From the NCBI RefSeq assembly GCF_006345805.1, contig NC_043006.1, forward strand, positions 67,828,001 through 67,892,000: 64,000 nt of DNA, read 5' to 3'. The notes beneath the pieces are model-generated. The model did not search any database. It had not been told where the DNA came from and saw only the letters and a program-made list of their open reading frames with translations. Of this stretch, positions 49,252 through 61,063 are shown in pieces (the stretch's first letter is position 1; each line of letters begins with the position of its first letter). The position numbers and the translations under genes were made by a program. This DNA comes from Octopus sinensis. Its lineage: Eukaryota.

Positions 49252-49625
49252 TTAGGCACAGGAGTAGCTGTGTGGTAAGTAGCTTGCTAACTAACCACAT
49301 GGTTCCGGGTTCAGTCCCACTGCGTGGCATCTTGGGCAAGTGTCTTCTGCTATAGCCCCGGGCCGACCAATGCCTTGTGAGTGGATTTGGTAGACGGAAA
49401 CTGAAAGAAGCCTGTCGTATATATGTATATATATATAAGCGTGTGTGTATATGTTTGTGTGTCTGTGTTTGTCCCCCTAGCGTTGCTTGACAACCGATGC
49501 TGGTGTGTTTAGCGGCTTGGCAAAAGAGACCGATAGAATAAGTACTGGGCTTACAAAGAATAAGTCCCGGTGTCGATTTGCATGGCCGCAGTCAAATGAC
49601 TGAAACAAGTAAAAGAGTAAAAGAG
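49252..49625 (+). mobile_element. SINE family A with internal deletions
   Basis: Family head and tail present. Confidence 0.85.
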
Positions 49626-50959
49626 TATATTTATGTAAACATCATCATTTAGCATCTATTTTCCATGCTGGCATGGGTAGGACAGTTTGAGCAGATTTGG
49701 TAAGCCGGAAAGCTGTACGAGGCTCCACTTTAATTTTGACTTGGTTTCTACAGCTGGATGCCCTTCCTAATGCCAACCACTTCAAGAGTGTAGTGAGTGC
49801 CTTTTATACATCACCAACACTGCCCATGACTGCAGTTTCATTTAGTCTGACAAGTCTTTTCACACACAGAAAACCATCAAAGGTCTTGATCTTAGGTTAA
49901 TCATAAGGTACTTGTGTCAAGTATGTTTGTAAATATCAAAAGGTAATTGTTAAATTACAATAACTCACAAAAGCCATGTAAATGTAAACTAAGGAAATAA
50001 AATAGGAGAAAGAGGATGAGTATGATGTCAGCAGCAAGGTCAGAAATGTATGTGCATTTGCTCAGATGGCCAAGGAGGAGATTATACGAACTACAAGTCT
50101 AATGTAAGAGACAGGGTTATTTTAGGGTGAAATCAAGACAAGAGAGAGACTGGCAGTAGTGGATTTAGATAGACATAAGGGTGGATGAGGAAATAAAATG
50201 AGTAGTAACACCAAGCAAGGAGTGATGTTTGCTGGTAAAGAAGAGTAAGTTAGAGTGTATTGAAATGGTCCAATGTAGTCACTTATACACTGGCCCAGTG
50301 AAATGAAGAGAGTGATTTTATGCAGTAAAAAAATGAAGACAGTGATTTATGAACCCAGTGAGAGAGAGTGATGAGGATGATGCAGTCAGCACAGATGGTG
50401 AGGAGATGATATGAGTGATGGAGTGAAAAGAGGTAAGCAAGTAATAGGGTGATGAGGTGATGGTCAAATATGCAAAGAGAGGGAGCAGCAAGATGTAGGA
50501 TCAGCATTGTAGAAAATATCTCAGCCTCTATATACTGTCAAAGTACATTGTGCTGTGGTTTGTTGTTCAGGTATTGCCAGTCATATATCCATATTGAGCA
50601 GCATTGTATATCACAAACACATATATAAACCTTAATATTCCCTTCACTGAAGCTGTAACTATAATAATAATAAATTTTTTTTTTTTTCAATCTGAAAAGA
50701 AAGACATAGAATAGATATGACCATGATTTTGTGTAAAGGAATATTTCAATAACACAATTGTGAACTTCTGGACCAAATGTTACAAAATAAATATTACCAT
50801 ATGTGGCATGCTGATTGTCAAACATTATAATCTGTTCATTGAATTCAAATAAATCTTAACATTCATTGGTTTAAGAACCAAAGGGAAGTCTGAAAGGGAG
50901 AAAATATATTTTCTTACATTATTTACATTCGACAGATATTTGTCATCTTGTTTATTGTT

Positions 50960-51005
50960 AACACAATGTTTCAGCTGATATACCCTCCAGCCTTCTTCAG
51001 GTGTC
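50960..51005 (-). ncRNA. Minimal type I hammerhead in the PLE pseudo-LTR (one helix III mutation)
   Basis: gacac-CTGAAGA-A-GGCTG..CAGCT-GAA-ACAT-T-gtgtt; ACAT is the expected palindromic ACGT with a CpG transition. Confidence 0.6.
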
Positions 51006-53049
51006 TTGGGGAAATTTCAAACCTTGGTTCTCATTCCTAAGGTATTTTTTGATATATATATATATATCACTGCTTGGAATCGAACTCAGAATCTTGGGGT
51101 TAGTAGCCCGTGCTCTTAACTATTACGCAATATGCCTACGGGCAATTATGGAGTGAATTTTAGGGCTTATAAATCTAATATTTTTCTATCCTTCCGTAAT
51201 ACCAGTTCCCATTTGCTGCTCATATCTGCATTCATCTGCTTAGGAAGTTGTTGTGTCCTAGCATATGTGCTGCTTCTTTTAGTTTTCGTATTTTCCAGTG
51301 GTGTTTTCTGTCTATTATTTTAACTTCAACCCACATGGGGAGGTGGTCTCCATTTTTCCATACATGATCAGTTAGACCCGATTTATCAATATCTCGTGTC
51401 ACAGCTTTGCGATGTTTGTCTACCCTTATTTTGAGGGGGTAGTGTGTTTCACCTTTGTATAACCTACCACAGCTGCATGGGATGGAGTACACGCAGTCTT
51501 TGGTCATATTCTCTTCTATTGGTGGTTTTACTCGAAGGAGATATTTGCGAAGTGTTGTATTACTCCTGAATACTGTCCTGATATCATATGGGTCACATAT
51601 CTTTTGTATCTTTTTGGAGAGGCCTTTCACATAGGGTAGACAGACTGTGGACAGTTTATTGGCCTCATCCTCTCTCTTCTTCATAATTGGAGTGGACAGT
51701 ATACTCTCTGGGTAGTTGTTGCTTAACAGATTGTTATTGAGCTTGATCATTTCTTCTTTGTGTGTATCATAATCGCTACTTATATTCTTTGCACGATGTT
51801 TTAGGCACTGAGCAATCCCTCTCTTTACACTGTATGGATGGTGGGAATTGAAGATGAGGTATCATCCAGTAAGGGTTGGCTTGCAGTATACGGATGTCCT
51901 GAATCCATACTTGGTGCGGGTTATTAATACATCCAGGAATGCCAACTGATTGTCTTTTTCCTTTTCCATTATGAACTGTATGGATGGCTTTGAGTTCACA
52001 TGAACAGCACTTGGACATCTTCCTGGTGGGACCAGAGTATAAAGGTGTTATCAACATATCTTAGCCATAGTGTTGGTTTTAGTGGTGTTGATCCTAAAGC
52101 CAAATTCTCAAAGTATTCCATGTATATATTGACTGTGATAATGGCGACCCATAGCTAAACCTTCCTCTTGTTGATATCACTGTCCATACTGAAGTAGGTA
52201 GTTACTACACAAAAGGTTAACATTTCCATCAAGTTTATTGGTATACCAGTGCGTTCTTTTAGATGGGTGTCTGTCACTAGCTTTTTTTTTTTTTTTTTGG
52301 TATCACCAATAGTGCTTCACCAGTTGGGACTTTGGTGAACAGGCTTATCACATCTAGACTCACCATCTGGTTGGATTCACTGGGAGTATCCTTGATCAAT
52401 TCTGTGAAGTGGGTGGAATTCATCAAGTACGATGTTGACTTTCCTGCTAATGGATTGATTATATCCACAAGGAAGCGGCTCAGTGGATGACATGCTGAAC
52501 CTCTACAGCTCACTATAGGTCTTAATGGAATACCATTCTTGTGAATCTTTGGGAGACCGTACATGTGTGGTAGTTTACTGTGATGTTGAGTCAATTGTCT
52601 ATACTTCATTGGTGTAAAGTGATCCTTGTTCTTGATCAAGATCTGTGACAACTTCCTCTCTGTTTTCAGAGTCGGTTCTTTCTTTACTTTGCTGTAGCTA
52701 CCATCACTTATAAGACTTGCCAACTTTTCTGTTCATAGATGTTCGTCTACCCTGAAAATAAGGGTAGACAAACATCGCAAAGTGTGACACAAGAAGATAT
52801 TAATAAATCGGGTATAGCTGATCATGTATGGAAAAATGGAGACCACCTCCCCCTGTGGGATGAAGTTAAAATAATAGAGAACACCACTGGAAAATATGAA
52901 AACTAAAAGAAGCAACACATGCTAGGACACAACAACCTCCTAAGCAGACTGAGTGCAGATATGAACAGCATATGGGAACTGGTATTAAGGAAGAATAAGA
53001 GAATATTAGAATTTATAAGCCCTAAAATTCACTCCATAATTGCCCACAA

Positions 53050-53118
53050 GCATATGGCGTAGTGGTTAAGAGCGCAGCCTATTAACCCCAAGATTCAAAG
53101 TTCAATTCCAAGCAGTGA
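53050..53118 (+). other. tRNA-derived Pol III-like head inside the PLE pseudo-LTR (mirror copy at 51067-51136, - strand)
   Basis: A box tggcgtagtgg, anticodon-like loop ctattaa/ctactaa, B box gttcaattcc/gttcgattcc; acceptor stem not intact, so not a functional tRNA. Confidence 0.6.
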
Positions 53119-55425
53119 CCTAAACAATAATAATAATAACATCAAAAAATACCTTAGGAATGAGAACCCAGGTTTGAAATTTCCCCAAGAGAAAACATTG
53201 TGCTAACAACAAACAAGGTGAGGACAAATATCTGTCAAATGTAAATAATGTACATAATTCCTCATCTCTTAAATATAGAACTGTATATATTTTCTTGTTT
53301 TGAAAATTAGCCTTAGAGGCTTGAGAGAACTTTTACAAATTTCATTTCCTTACAGACGACAAAACTTTTCATACAAGTCCACATGTGTGAAGTGAGCATT
53401 CCTGGTGTATCATATTTAGTTTGAATGGTAAACTTACAGTTGCAATGACTGACAAATAAAGAAATTATAGCTAGATTTATATAATAGAATGGTTGATACT
53501 TGAAATAATGCAGAATTGAATAATTTCAACTAAACTGGAGAGAATGAAAGAAAGAACACTTAAAACATCATCAGGCATATGAACAGCAAACATATAAAAT
53601 GCTGTAATTTCACATTTTATTCTCTGACAGAAATTTATGGCTTTACGTACGGAGATTTAGAAGATGATAATAAACCTTCAACAATAGGCAAATGAGTAGA
53701 GTGAGGGAAATGATTTTTTTTTTATTTTGTGACAATCTTTCAGAACAAACTAAAACAGTCAGTAGTTTAGATGATTTTATACTTTCATTGTAAGTTTTAT
53801 TCAATTTTATTCAATGAAAATAAATACACTACAGTTAAAAAAAAAAAAACAAAAAAAAAACTAATATACCTCTGCTATCCCAAAGTAAATATTGAGAGAA
53901 AAAAAAATCATTACCAAATACAGTAAAAAGAATTTTTTTTTAAATGTCTTGGCAGATCTGAGGGAAGGAAATTACCTGCCTAGTATGTAGCATTTGGATA
54001 ACAATTGGTAGACAGAGTATTATAGTCACAGGAAAAATTCTAGCATAGAGTCATGACTAGAAAATTCTTTCATGTAAGGGAAATGAATTACTTCATTATC
54101 TCTGTTTTTGTGTAATATAAAGGACAGTTTGCTTTGTTTCAGTACAGGTGAAAAAATAATTTCAGAACTTTCTGAGGTTTCCTTCATGAAATTTATGAAG
54201 TCTTCAATTGTTAAAGATTATATTATGCATGAAAAGATAGCTGGCCAGAACCAACATGGGTATATATCTAGCTTCACTGTAAATTTTGGCAAGAGCAACA
54301 ACAGTGCAAGAAGTCAATTGATATAAGGCACTGGCAGCAATTGGAGGGAGAGGTGTCAGTTTTGTGAGTCAACTCAATAAGGACTCTTTGTGTCATTTCC
54401 ACAACTGACATGTTGGTAAGTGGTCAATGTGGTCTGTTCTATGTGGCCAAAATAGCTGTAGTTAGCGGTCAACCTGCAATAAAAGAATAAAATATTTCAG
54501 CAAGGGGAATATGTAATACAATATGGTAATGATAGACAAAGGGTTTATGGAATCTGTTTACTAATAACAAAAGGCAATACAGTATAATTAGAGAATTCAC
54601 AAGTTATTTCTAAAATTTAGACATTAAATCTTTACTTACTCAAACTGCATAAACATGTCATGGACCCATCGTCTTGGATCATTGCAAAATTTCCTGTAAT
54701 TAGAAACAGAATAATATTTTTAACAGACAACAGAAAAAATATTGTTAAAATCGTTTTTAATCTAACTCAGGCTTTGCTATATCCACATTGTAAATGCAAG
54801 AGAGAGAATTACGGAATTAGAAGTGGTTGCAAGAAGCCATGAAGAAATGGTTCTTTGAACACATAAGCAAGAATTTCTTGAAGAGGGATCTCAGGATGTT
54901 GAGCTTCTCAGTGGGGATAGCAAAAAATACAGAGAAATTGTGATATAAAGTATGGCCGATCTAACAAATACACCCAGCATGGAAAAAGAGATGACAGGGA
55001 ATTATTAATTAAGAGTTGACCATTCAATGTTTCCCCATTCAGAATGGATCATTCCCCAGGTTGTTGCTTAATAATTTTTCATGCTAGATCTTGATTGCTT
55101 GAAAGAAAATCAATTTTTAACAGAAATACATTCCACACAATTTGCATAAATTTCATGAAAAAAAAATACTATATTTATTTATATATATCATCATCATTGT
55201 TTAACGTCAGTTTTCCATGCTGGCATGGGTTCGGCGGTTCAAATTGGGTCTGGGAAGCCAGGAGGATGCACCCGGCCCCAATCTGATCTTGCAGTGTTTC
55301 TACAGCTGGACGCTAGTTATATCACGTGATCATGTGACTGACCAGACCATCAGATGTTGCTACACATCGCTGGTCACAATGCGTTCGCTGGCTAAGCGAG
55401 CATGCCAACTTTCGTATTGCATTAC

Positions 55426-55462
<37 letters not shown>

Positions 55463-55479
55463 CACACACATACTAGTCT

Positions 55480-56520
55480 ATATTATTGCAAACACGACAA
55501 CTAGGACTTCTTACAAGATAACCTGCTGAGAGCCACTGTCAAGAAGGTCTGCAATGAATCTGGTTTCAGAGCAGCTATACAAGTGAGTCAGACATATGGC
55601 TGAATCAAGGCTCCAGCCAGAGAGAAGTTGATATAGTGATGGAATTGCATAGGAGACAGAGCCATAAAAATTAAGAGAAAGGTTTGGAAAGTTTGGAAGG
55701 AAGATTGAAGCAAAGAGTGCTGTATAGCAGCCAGAAAGGAAGGCAGGTGTTAGTTATACATGGCTAAAGAAGAAACATAAATTTACACATTTTGCAATAC
55801 AAGGATGAGAGGCACGAGGCATTCCAGATTGCAAGACAATGTATCAGAGAAAACTATTATGTTATTTAGGATGAAATGTATCCAGAATGATAGAGGCACA
55901 GTTACCCTTACTGCTGATCACCAGGAAAATGGAGGTGCTATTATAAGAGGTGTTGAATGAAGAGAATGCATGAAATAGAGAGGGTCTACTTCATGCAGAC
56001 TCAAAAAAAAAGGGAGGGACTAGCAAATGAAGTTGACAGTGCAATTAAAGATATTAAGGTAGGGAAAGTTGGTGATCCATTAGGGTCAGTCACTCTGATG
56101 CCCAAAATATCTGGCACAGTAGGATACATACTAGTCATCCAAATAGTTCAACAAGTCATAGAAGAAGGTGTCATACTCAATGACTGGCATAGCAGTGTCA
56201 TTGTAAGCTGCTACAAGGGCAAAGAAGATGCATTAGAAAACAAATTACAGAAGCATAAAATTGTTAGACCAGCGTATGAAGGTCATAGAAAGAGTTACAG
56301 CACAATTAATTAAGAACAGAATAAGCCTTGATGGGACATGTTCCCTTTTATGCCATTTTCCTAGTAAAGCAACTACAAGAGAAGTACTTAGCTAAGAGTA
56401 AGCTACTATACCTAGCATTCATTAACTGAAAGAAAGCCTCCACCTAAGTGCCATACTCAGTAATCTGGTGGTCACTGAAGAAACCTGGTGTCGATGAATG
56501 GCTAGTGAGGGCTACACAAG
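55480..56520 (+). mobile_element. RTE-type LINE fragment (linker to RT)
   Basis: NDWHSSVIVSCYKGKEDAL and downstream RT-like decayed frames. Confidence 0.7.
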
Positions 56521-57093
56521 CTAAGATAGTAAGCTACTGCTCCAGAAAGTTTCAGTCATAGATTCACATGCCAGACACAATCAAAAGCTTTGTTGACATC
56601 AAAGACATTACTTTTGCCAAAAAGTTTACAGATAAGTGACATTGGAAAGTAGGTCTGACCCTAGAGTAACTATATAAATGGTTGTTAGAGAGACAGATGT
56701 CAAAGAACATTACACATGTGAATGGGAGTGATGTTATGTGTTACAATTTAAAATCTTGAAGTTTTGGAAATATAAAGGTTTCAACAACCAAGTTAAAACC
56801 AAAAAATCAAGAGTTAAATTTAAAGTGGAGGGTTCAAAATCCCATTCAGTGATGTAATCAAATGAAATATTTAAATACATAAATGTATTCTTAAAATAAT
56901 GTATTGCATTTTGGGAGGATCGTATTGCCAACAGACATATGCACTGGTTCACTACAGTTTCAACTAATTCATCTAATTTTACAAAAACTACTGTAAACTT
57001 CTCAATTATTTTAAATTTGAAATCACTTATTAAACCACAGTAATGTAATGAAGACCATAACATATTAGTTAACAATAAAGTTCAAAAATTCAA

Positions 57094-57297
57094 GCAATCT
57101 TTATATCCTACAAAATGTGGAAGTATTATTAGAGCATTGAATACTGCAGTATTTACCTTCAGAGGCACTCTCGTACAGATGTATGGTGCTTAGAGCACAG
57201 ATATAAAGCAGATGAGAATTTTGCACCGTACATCAATGAGAGGATCTCTCAATGCAAATACCACAGTATATCCCATTTAGTAGGATATAAAGATTGC
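57094..57297. mobile_element. Putative MITE with 17-bp TIRs
   Basis: gcaatctttatatccta ... taggatataaagattgc. Confidence 0.45.
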
Positions 57298-57774
57298 CTT
57301 TTGGTATTTGCTTCCATCACTAATACTTAGTTTTTAATAAGCTTGTTAACTATTTGCGGCATCGGTAAATGAAAAGTCACTGACATTCTTTATATGATTG
57401 GCAGTGAGATTTGGCTACTGTGCAGGACTGGTTGTTTGCCACTGAAGAAGCACAGTATGCTGAAATCACATGATCTAGCAGTTCCAGTAACCAGGTGGTT
57501 TTTGTTTACTACAATGCATGTATGTGTTCTTATCACTGTACATCTCAAGGCAAATATATAGCAGGATATAAAGATTGCCTTTTTGTTTTAATACTGCTTC
57601 ATTTTGCTAATGCTGGTTTGTTAAAAGCTTAAGTGAACTACAACCAATGGGTTTGTTGAAAATATGACCATCCCAAAGATACAAACAATATCAATTTCAA
57701 TAGTTTTCCAGCAGAATTTTTGCAAAAAAATTAAAAAATGAAATGTCTGGCATAAAATATTATACATGTACATG

Positions 57775-57900
57775 CATACGTATACACACCTGCACAGACC
57801 TGCACACATACACACACCTGCACACGTACACACACTTGCACATGTACACACACCTGCACACGTACACACACCTGCACACATACACACCTGCACATCTATA
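57775..57900. repeat. ~18-20-bp minisatellite (acacacctgcacacgt-like) derived from CA repeats
   Basis: Repeated cacacctgcaca units. Confidence 0.8.
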
Positions 57901-60900
57901 GATATATAAATATGTGTGTCTGTACCCTTCTTTATTTCTTCTGATTCTTGGTTTATAATTAATATATAGATAGCATGTCTATCTTTCCAGTATTTCATAA
58001 GTAAATACCTTGGGCAGTCTTTATAGAAACCATTTAATAAGTAATTAAGTACATGAATGAGTATTAAACTGATTCTATGTAATCTTTCCTTTTTAATGTT
58101 AATAATTGATATATACACATTTTTTTTTACCTATTTTGGTTAAATCATTTTTGATAATCTTAAATTTTATTTTATACAACATAACAATATTGTTTATAAA
58201 CAATTACCCATAGTACCCCAGGTTAAAATTTCCTTTGTATTAACATCCTAGGTTTTATTGACATCTTGCCTCTTTAACTGGTAACATTATGATTTAGTCT
58301 TCCCCTACTCAGCCACCTTTTACAGACAGTTACTCTATATCCAATTTACTACTCCTAATGTCTTCTTCCCTCCCTAGAGAAAGGGGATTCATATGACAAT
58401 ATTTATGACCATATCTAGCCATGAGCTGTCAACTCACTCTTGCCTTTCATTCTAAACAGACAGTCCTCTAGTTTTAGATTTAGTAGTTGATAAAAAGACA
58501 AATAAATTAGAAATGAACCACAATCTTTTACAAGCTACAATCCCAGTGGGCTTCATGCAATTCCTGAAAGTGTAGTCTATTCTTAGATACAATAGCAAAA
58601 ATATGAATTTCTTCCTTCTTGCTCTGCTAAAGTATTTGAGAAAAATTATATTGTGTCCAACTGGTTAAAATTCTATTTATTTATGCAACTGATGATAGCA
58701 CCGCATTTAAATTGATGTAATGATTGCATTGTTCAATTAAATGGAGCTGTTTGAAACAGTCATGCTCCATCACTTCTTGATATCGTGTTGCTTATTTTGA
58801 TTTTATACATATACACACATGCATGCACATACATATGCACGCACGCACACATACATACGCACACACACATACCCCCACACACACACATCGATTTTTCACT
58901 TTTTTTAAGAAATTTTTTGGCAAAATACAGAAAAATATGGAGATTATGATTCTGTAAAAAAAAAGAAAAAAAAAAGAAATTTTGTATGATTTCAATTCAA
59001 AAGCAAAATAAATAAACACCCCTCCCCTCCTACTAAAATAGCAGATGTAAAAAGTTGACATGCCAGAAACAGCAGCTAAACGATGAATCAAGGTTTCAAA
59101 ATTTAATTTCCCCCACCCCCTTTTCTTTTCTTTGTCAGAAGGGGGAGAGGGGGAAAATTAAAATTTTGGAAACAGAAAGGGGGTGCAGTCCATGTCCTTT
59201 ACCTCCATCCACGCATACATATTTACAGAGAACAAAAGACAAAGACAGCTGTAGGAACAAGAAGCAGGTGTAAAAGTCTTTTACGTTCCAAGCCTACGCT
59301 CTTCGACAGAAAGGATTAAGAGGGAAAAAAAGAGATTGAAACAGAAACAAACAGAGAGAGAAAATATTTTTTTGTAGGGATTAACAGTTCAACATGATGA
59401 AATAGTTAGAAGAAAGAGGCTGAATGGAAGGGAGATAATGATGATAACCCAGTGGAACGAATTTGTTCTTGCATGTGCATGTGAGAATGGTGTAAGTGTG
59501 TATGTATGTTTCAGCTTGCCCACATACAGAGGCAATGCGACAAGCTAGCCTATACAGTATCTAGTTCCCATCATAAACTTATGGTAAACTTCTCACACCT
59601 TAATCATCTGTATACAACAAGCTGATGGTCTGCAACTGAGACATCATTATTATTGTTATATAGGCAGTGTCCCGGTAGAGTCAGTAGAATACTGAACAAA
59701 ATACCTAACTGTATTTGTTCCAGCGCTTCACATTCTGATTTCAACCCCCACCCACTCCAGAGGTCAACTTTGCCTTTCCTCATTTCAAGGTTGACAAGCT
59801 AAAGTATCAGTCAAGTACTCCTTTTATCATTTCAGGGTTGATAAAATAAGACACTAGCCAAGAAGTGTTGTCAATGGTATTGGCTTACTCCAACCATTCA
59901 CAACTACTAGCCTTGTGCTTAAGTCAGAAACTATTAGCATTATTCTAATTATGATTCATTTAATCATTGTTAAAGTTTTTTTCTACAGTTTCTGTATACA
60001 TATGGTACATATTTAAACAAGGGTAGGGACTCACAGGTGCGTCAATATCAGTATATGCATATGTGAATTGGCACAAGTAAGTTGTGATAACAGATATGAG
60101 TATGTATCTACATATTTATTTCTAGATCTAGGTAGTAGAGAAAGATAAGTATGTAAATATTCAATTTTATATGTTATATGTTCATATGTTGCTATATGTG
60201 TATGTGTTTAGGAACAGACTGACAATCAAACAGAGACAGAGAGAGAAAAAGAGAAAGGCAGAGATAGACGGACACAGAGATAGACAGACAAGCAGAGTAA
60301 CAGACTGACAGACAAACGTATATTTAAATGTTTGTGGGTGTGTCTAAATATGTGTATTTGTATATCTGTCTTTGTAACTATCATCACAATTTCTCTCTCA
60401 CTTTCTTACACTCAGTCTCATTACCAAAGTTTTAAGTAATGGAGAGAACTCTCAATGCTTACAGTATATAAGGTTTGCCCTTCAGTACAGATGCTATAGC
60501 AAATGATCCCCTCACCTTTGATGTACCCTCATGTCATTGGTAAATGAGTGGAGGAAAAGTAAGGATGAGACATTCCTTTGCTCTTGTCTCACCAAGGACT
60601 TGACAATGTCTCTAATGCTGGTGTCACAAAAAAATATACCCTGAATGCATTATAAAATTGGTTGGCAAATAAGCAAATAAAATGTAGGATTCAGAGGACC
60701 ATTCTGTCTTGTCTTGCTGAGAACATATTGGTCCCACAGGAAAATGTACCTAGTAACACTGTAAAGTGGTTGATAATAGAAAGGGCATCTGGCCATAGAA
60801 ACCAAACCAAAATAACACACAACAGCATCAGTCTATGAGGCCAGTGGAATATTTGCAAACAGAAACTGCAGATGCCAGCATGTGTGTGTGTGTGTGTGTG

Positions 60901-61018
60901 TGTAGAAGAGCGTAAGCTCGAAATGTAAAAGACTTTTTCTATTCCTGAGCGTTATACTAATACATCTGCTTGTTTTGTACACCACCTGTCTTCGTCTTTT
61001 GTTTTTTTCGTAAACTCT

Positions 61019-61063
<45 letters not shown>

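Larger units (their letters stand above)
50915..53285 (-). mobile_element. Penelope (Poseidon-type) element, 5'-truncated, with inverted pseudo-LTR
   Basis: RT: YGLPKIHK...LRPIVS...VSLDVISLFTKVP; GIY-YIG: VYSIPCSCGRLYKGET; about 50915-51435 is repeated inverted at 52750-53255. Confidence 0.9.

Noticed and set aside
53050-53118. Functional tRNA gene
   Set aside because: Acceptor and T stems are not intact and the two copies disagree at the anticodon; treated as a tRNA-derived head. The same applies to the SINE heads.
46845-54260. Plus-strand gene suggested by strong acceptors near 46875, 53355 and 54142
   Set aside because: I could not link them into a consistent reading frame (all frames stop within a few codons after 46875); such sites occur by chance. 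Unresolved without RNA-seq.
56734-57075. 113-aa minus-strand ORF as a gene
   Set aside because: No recognisable motif or convincing splice sites; an ORF of this length is within chance expectation for a 64-kb window.
58685-58780. C/D snoRNA, SECIS or pre-miRNA (TGATGA plus hairpin atggagc/gctccat)
   Set aside because: No D box (CTGA) at a suitable distance, no SECIS quartet geometry, and the hairpin is too short for a pre-miRNA.
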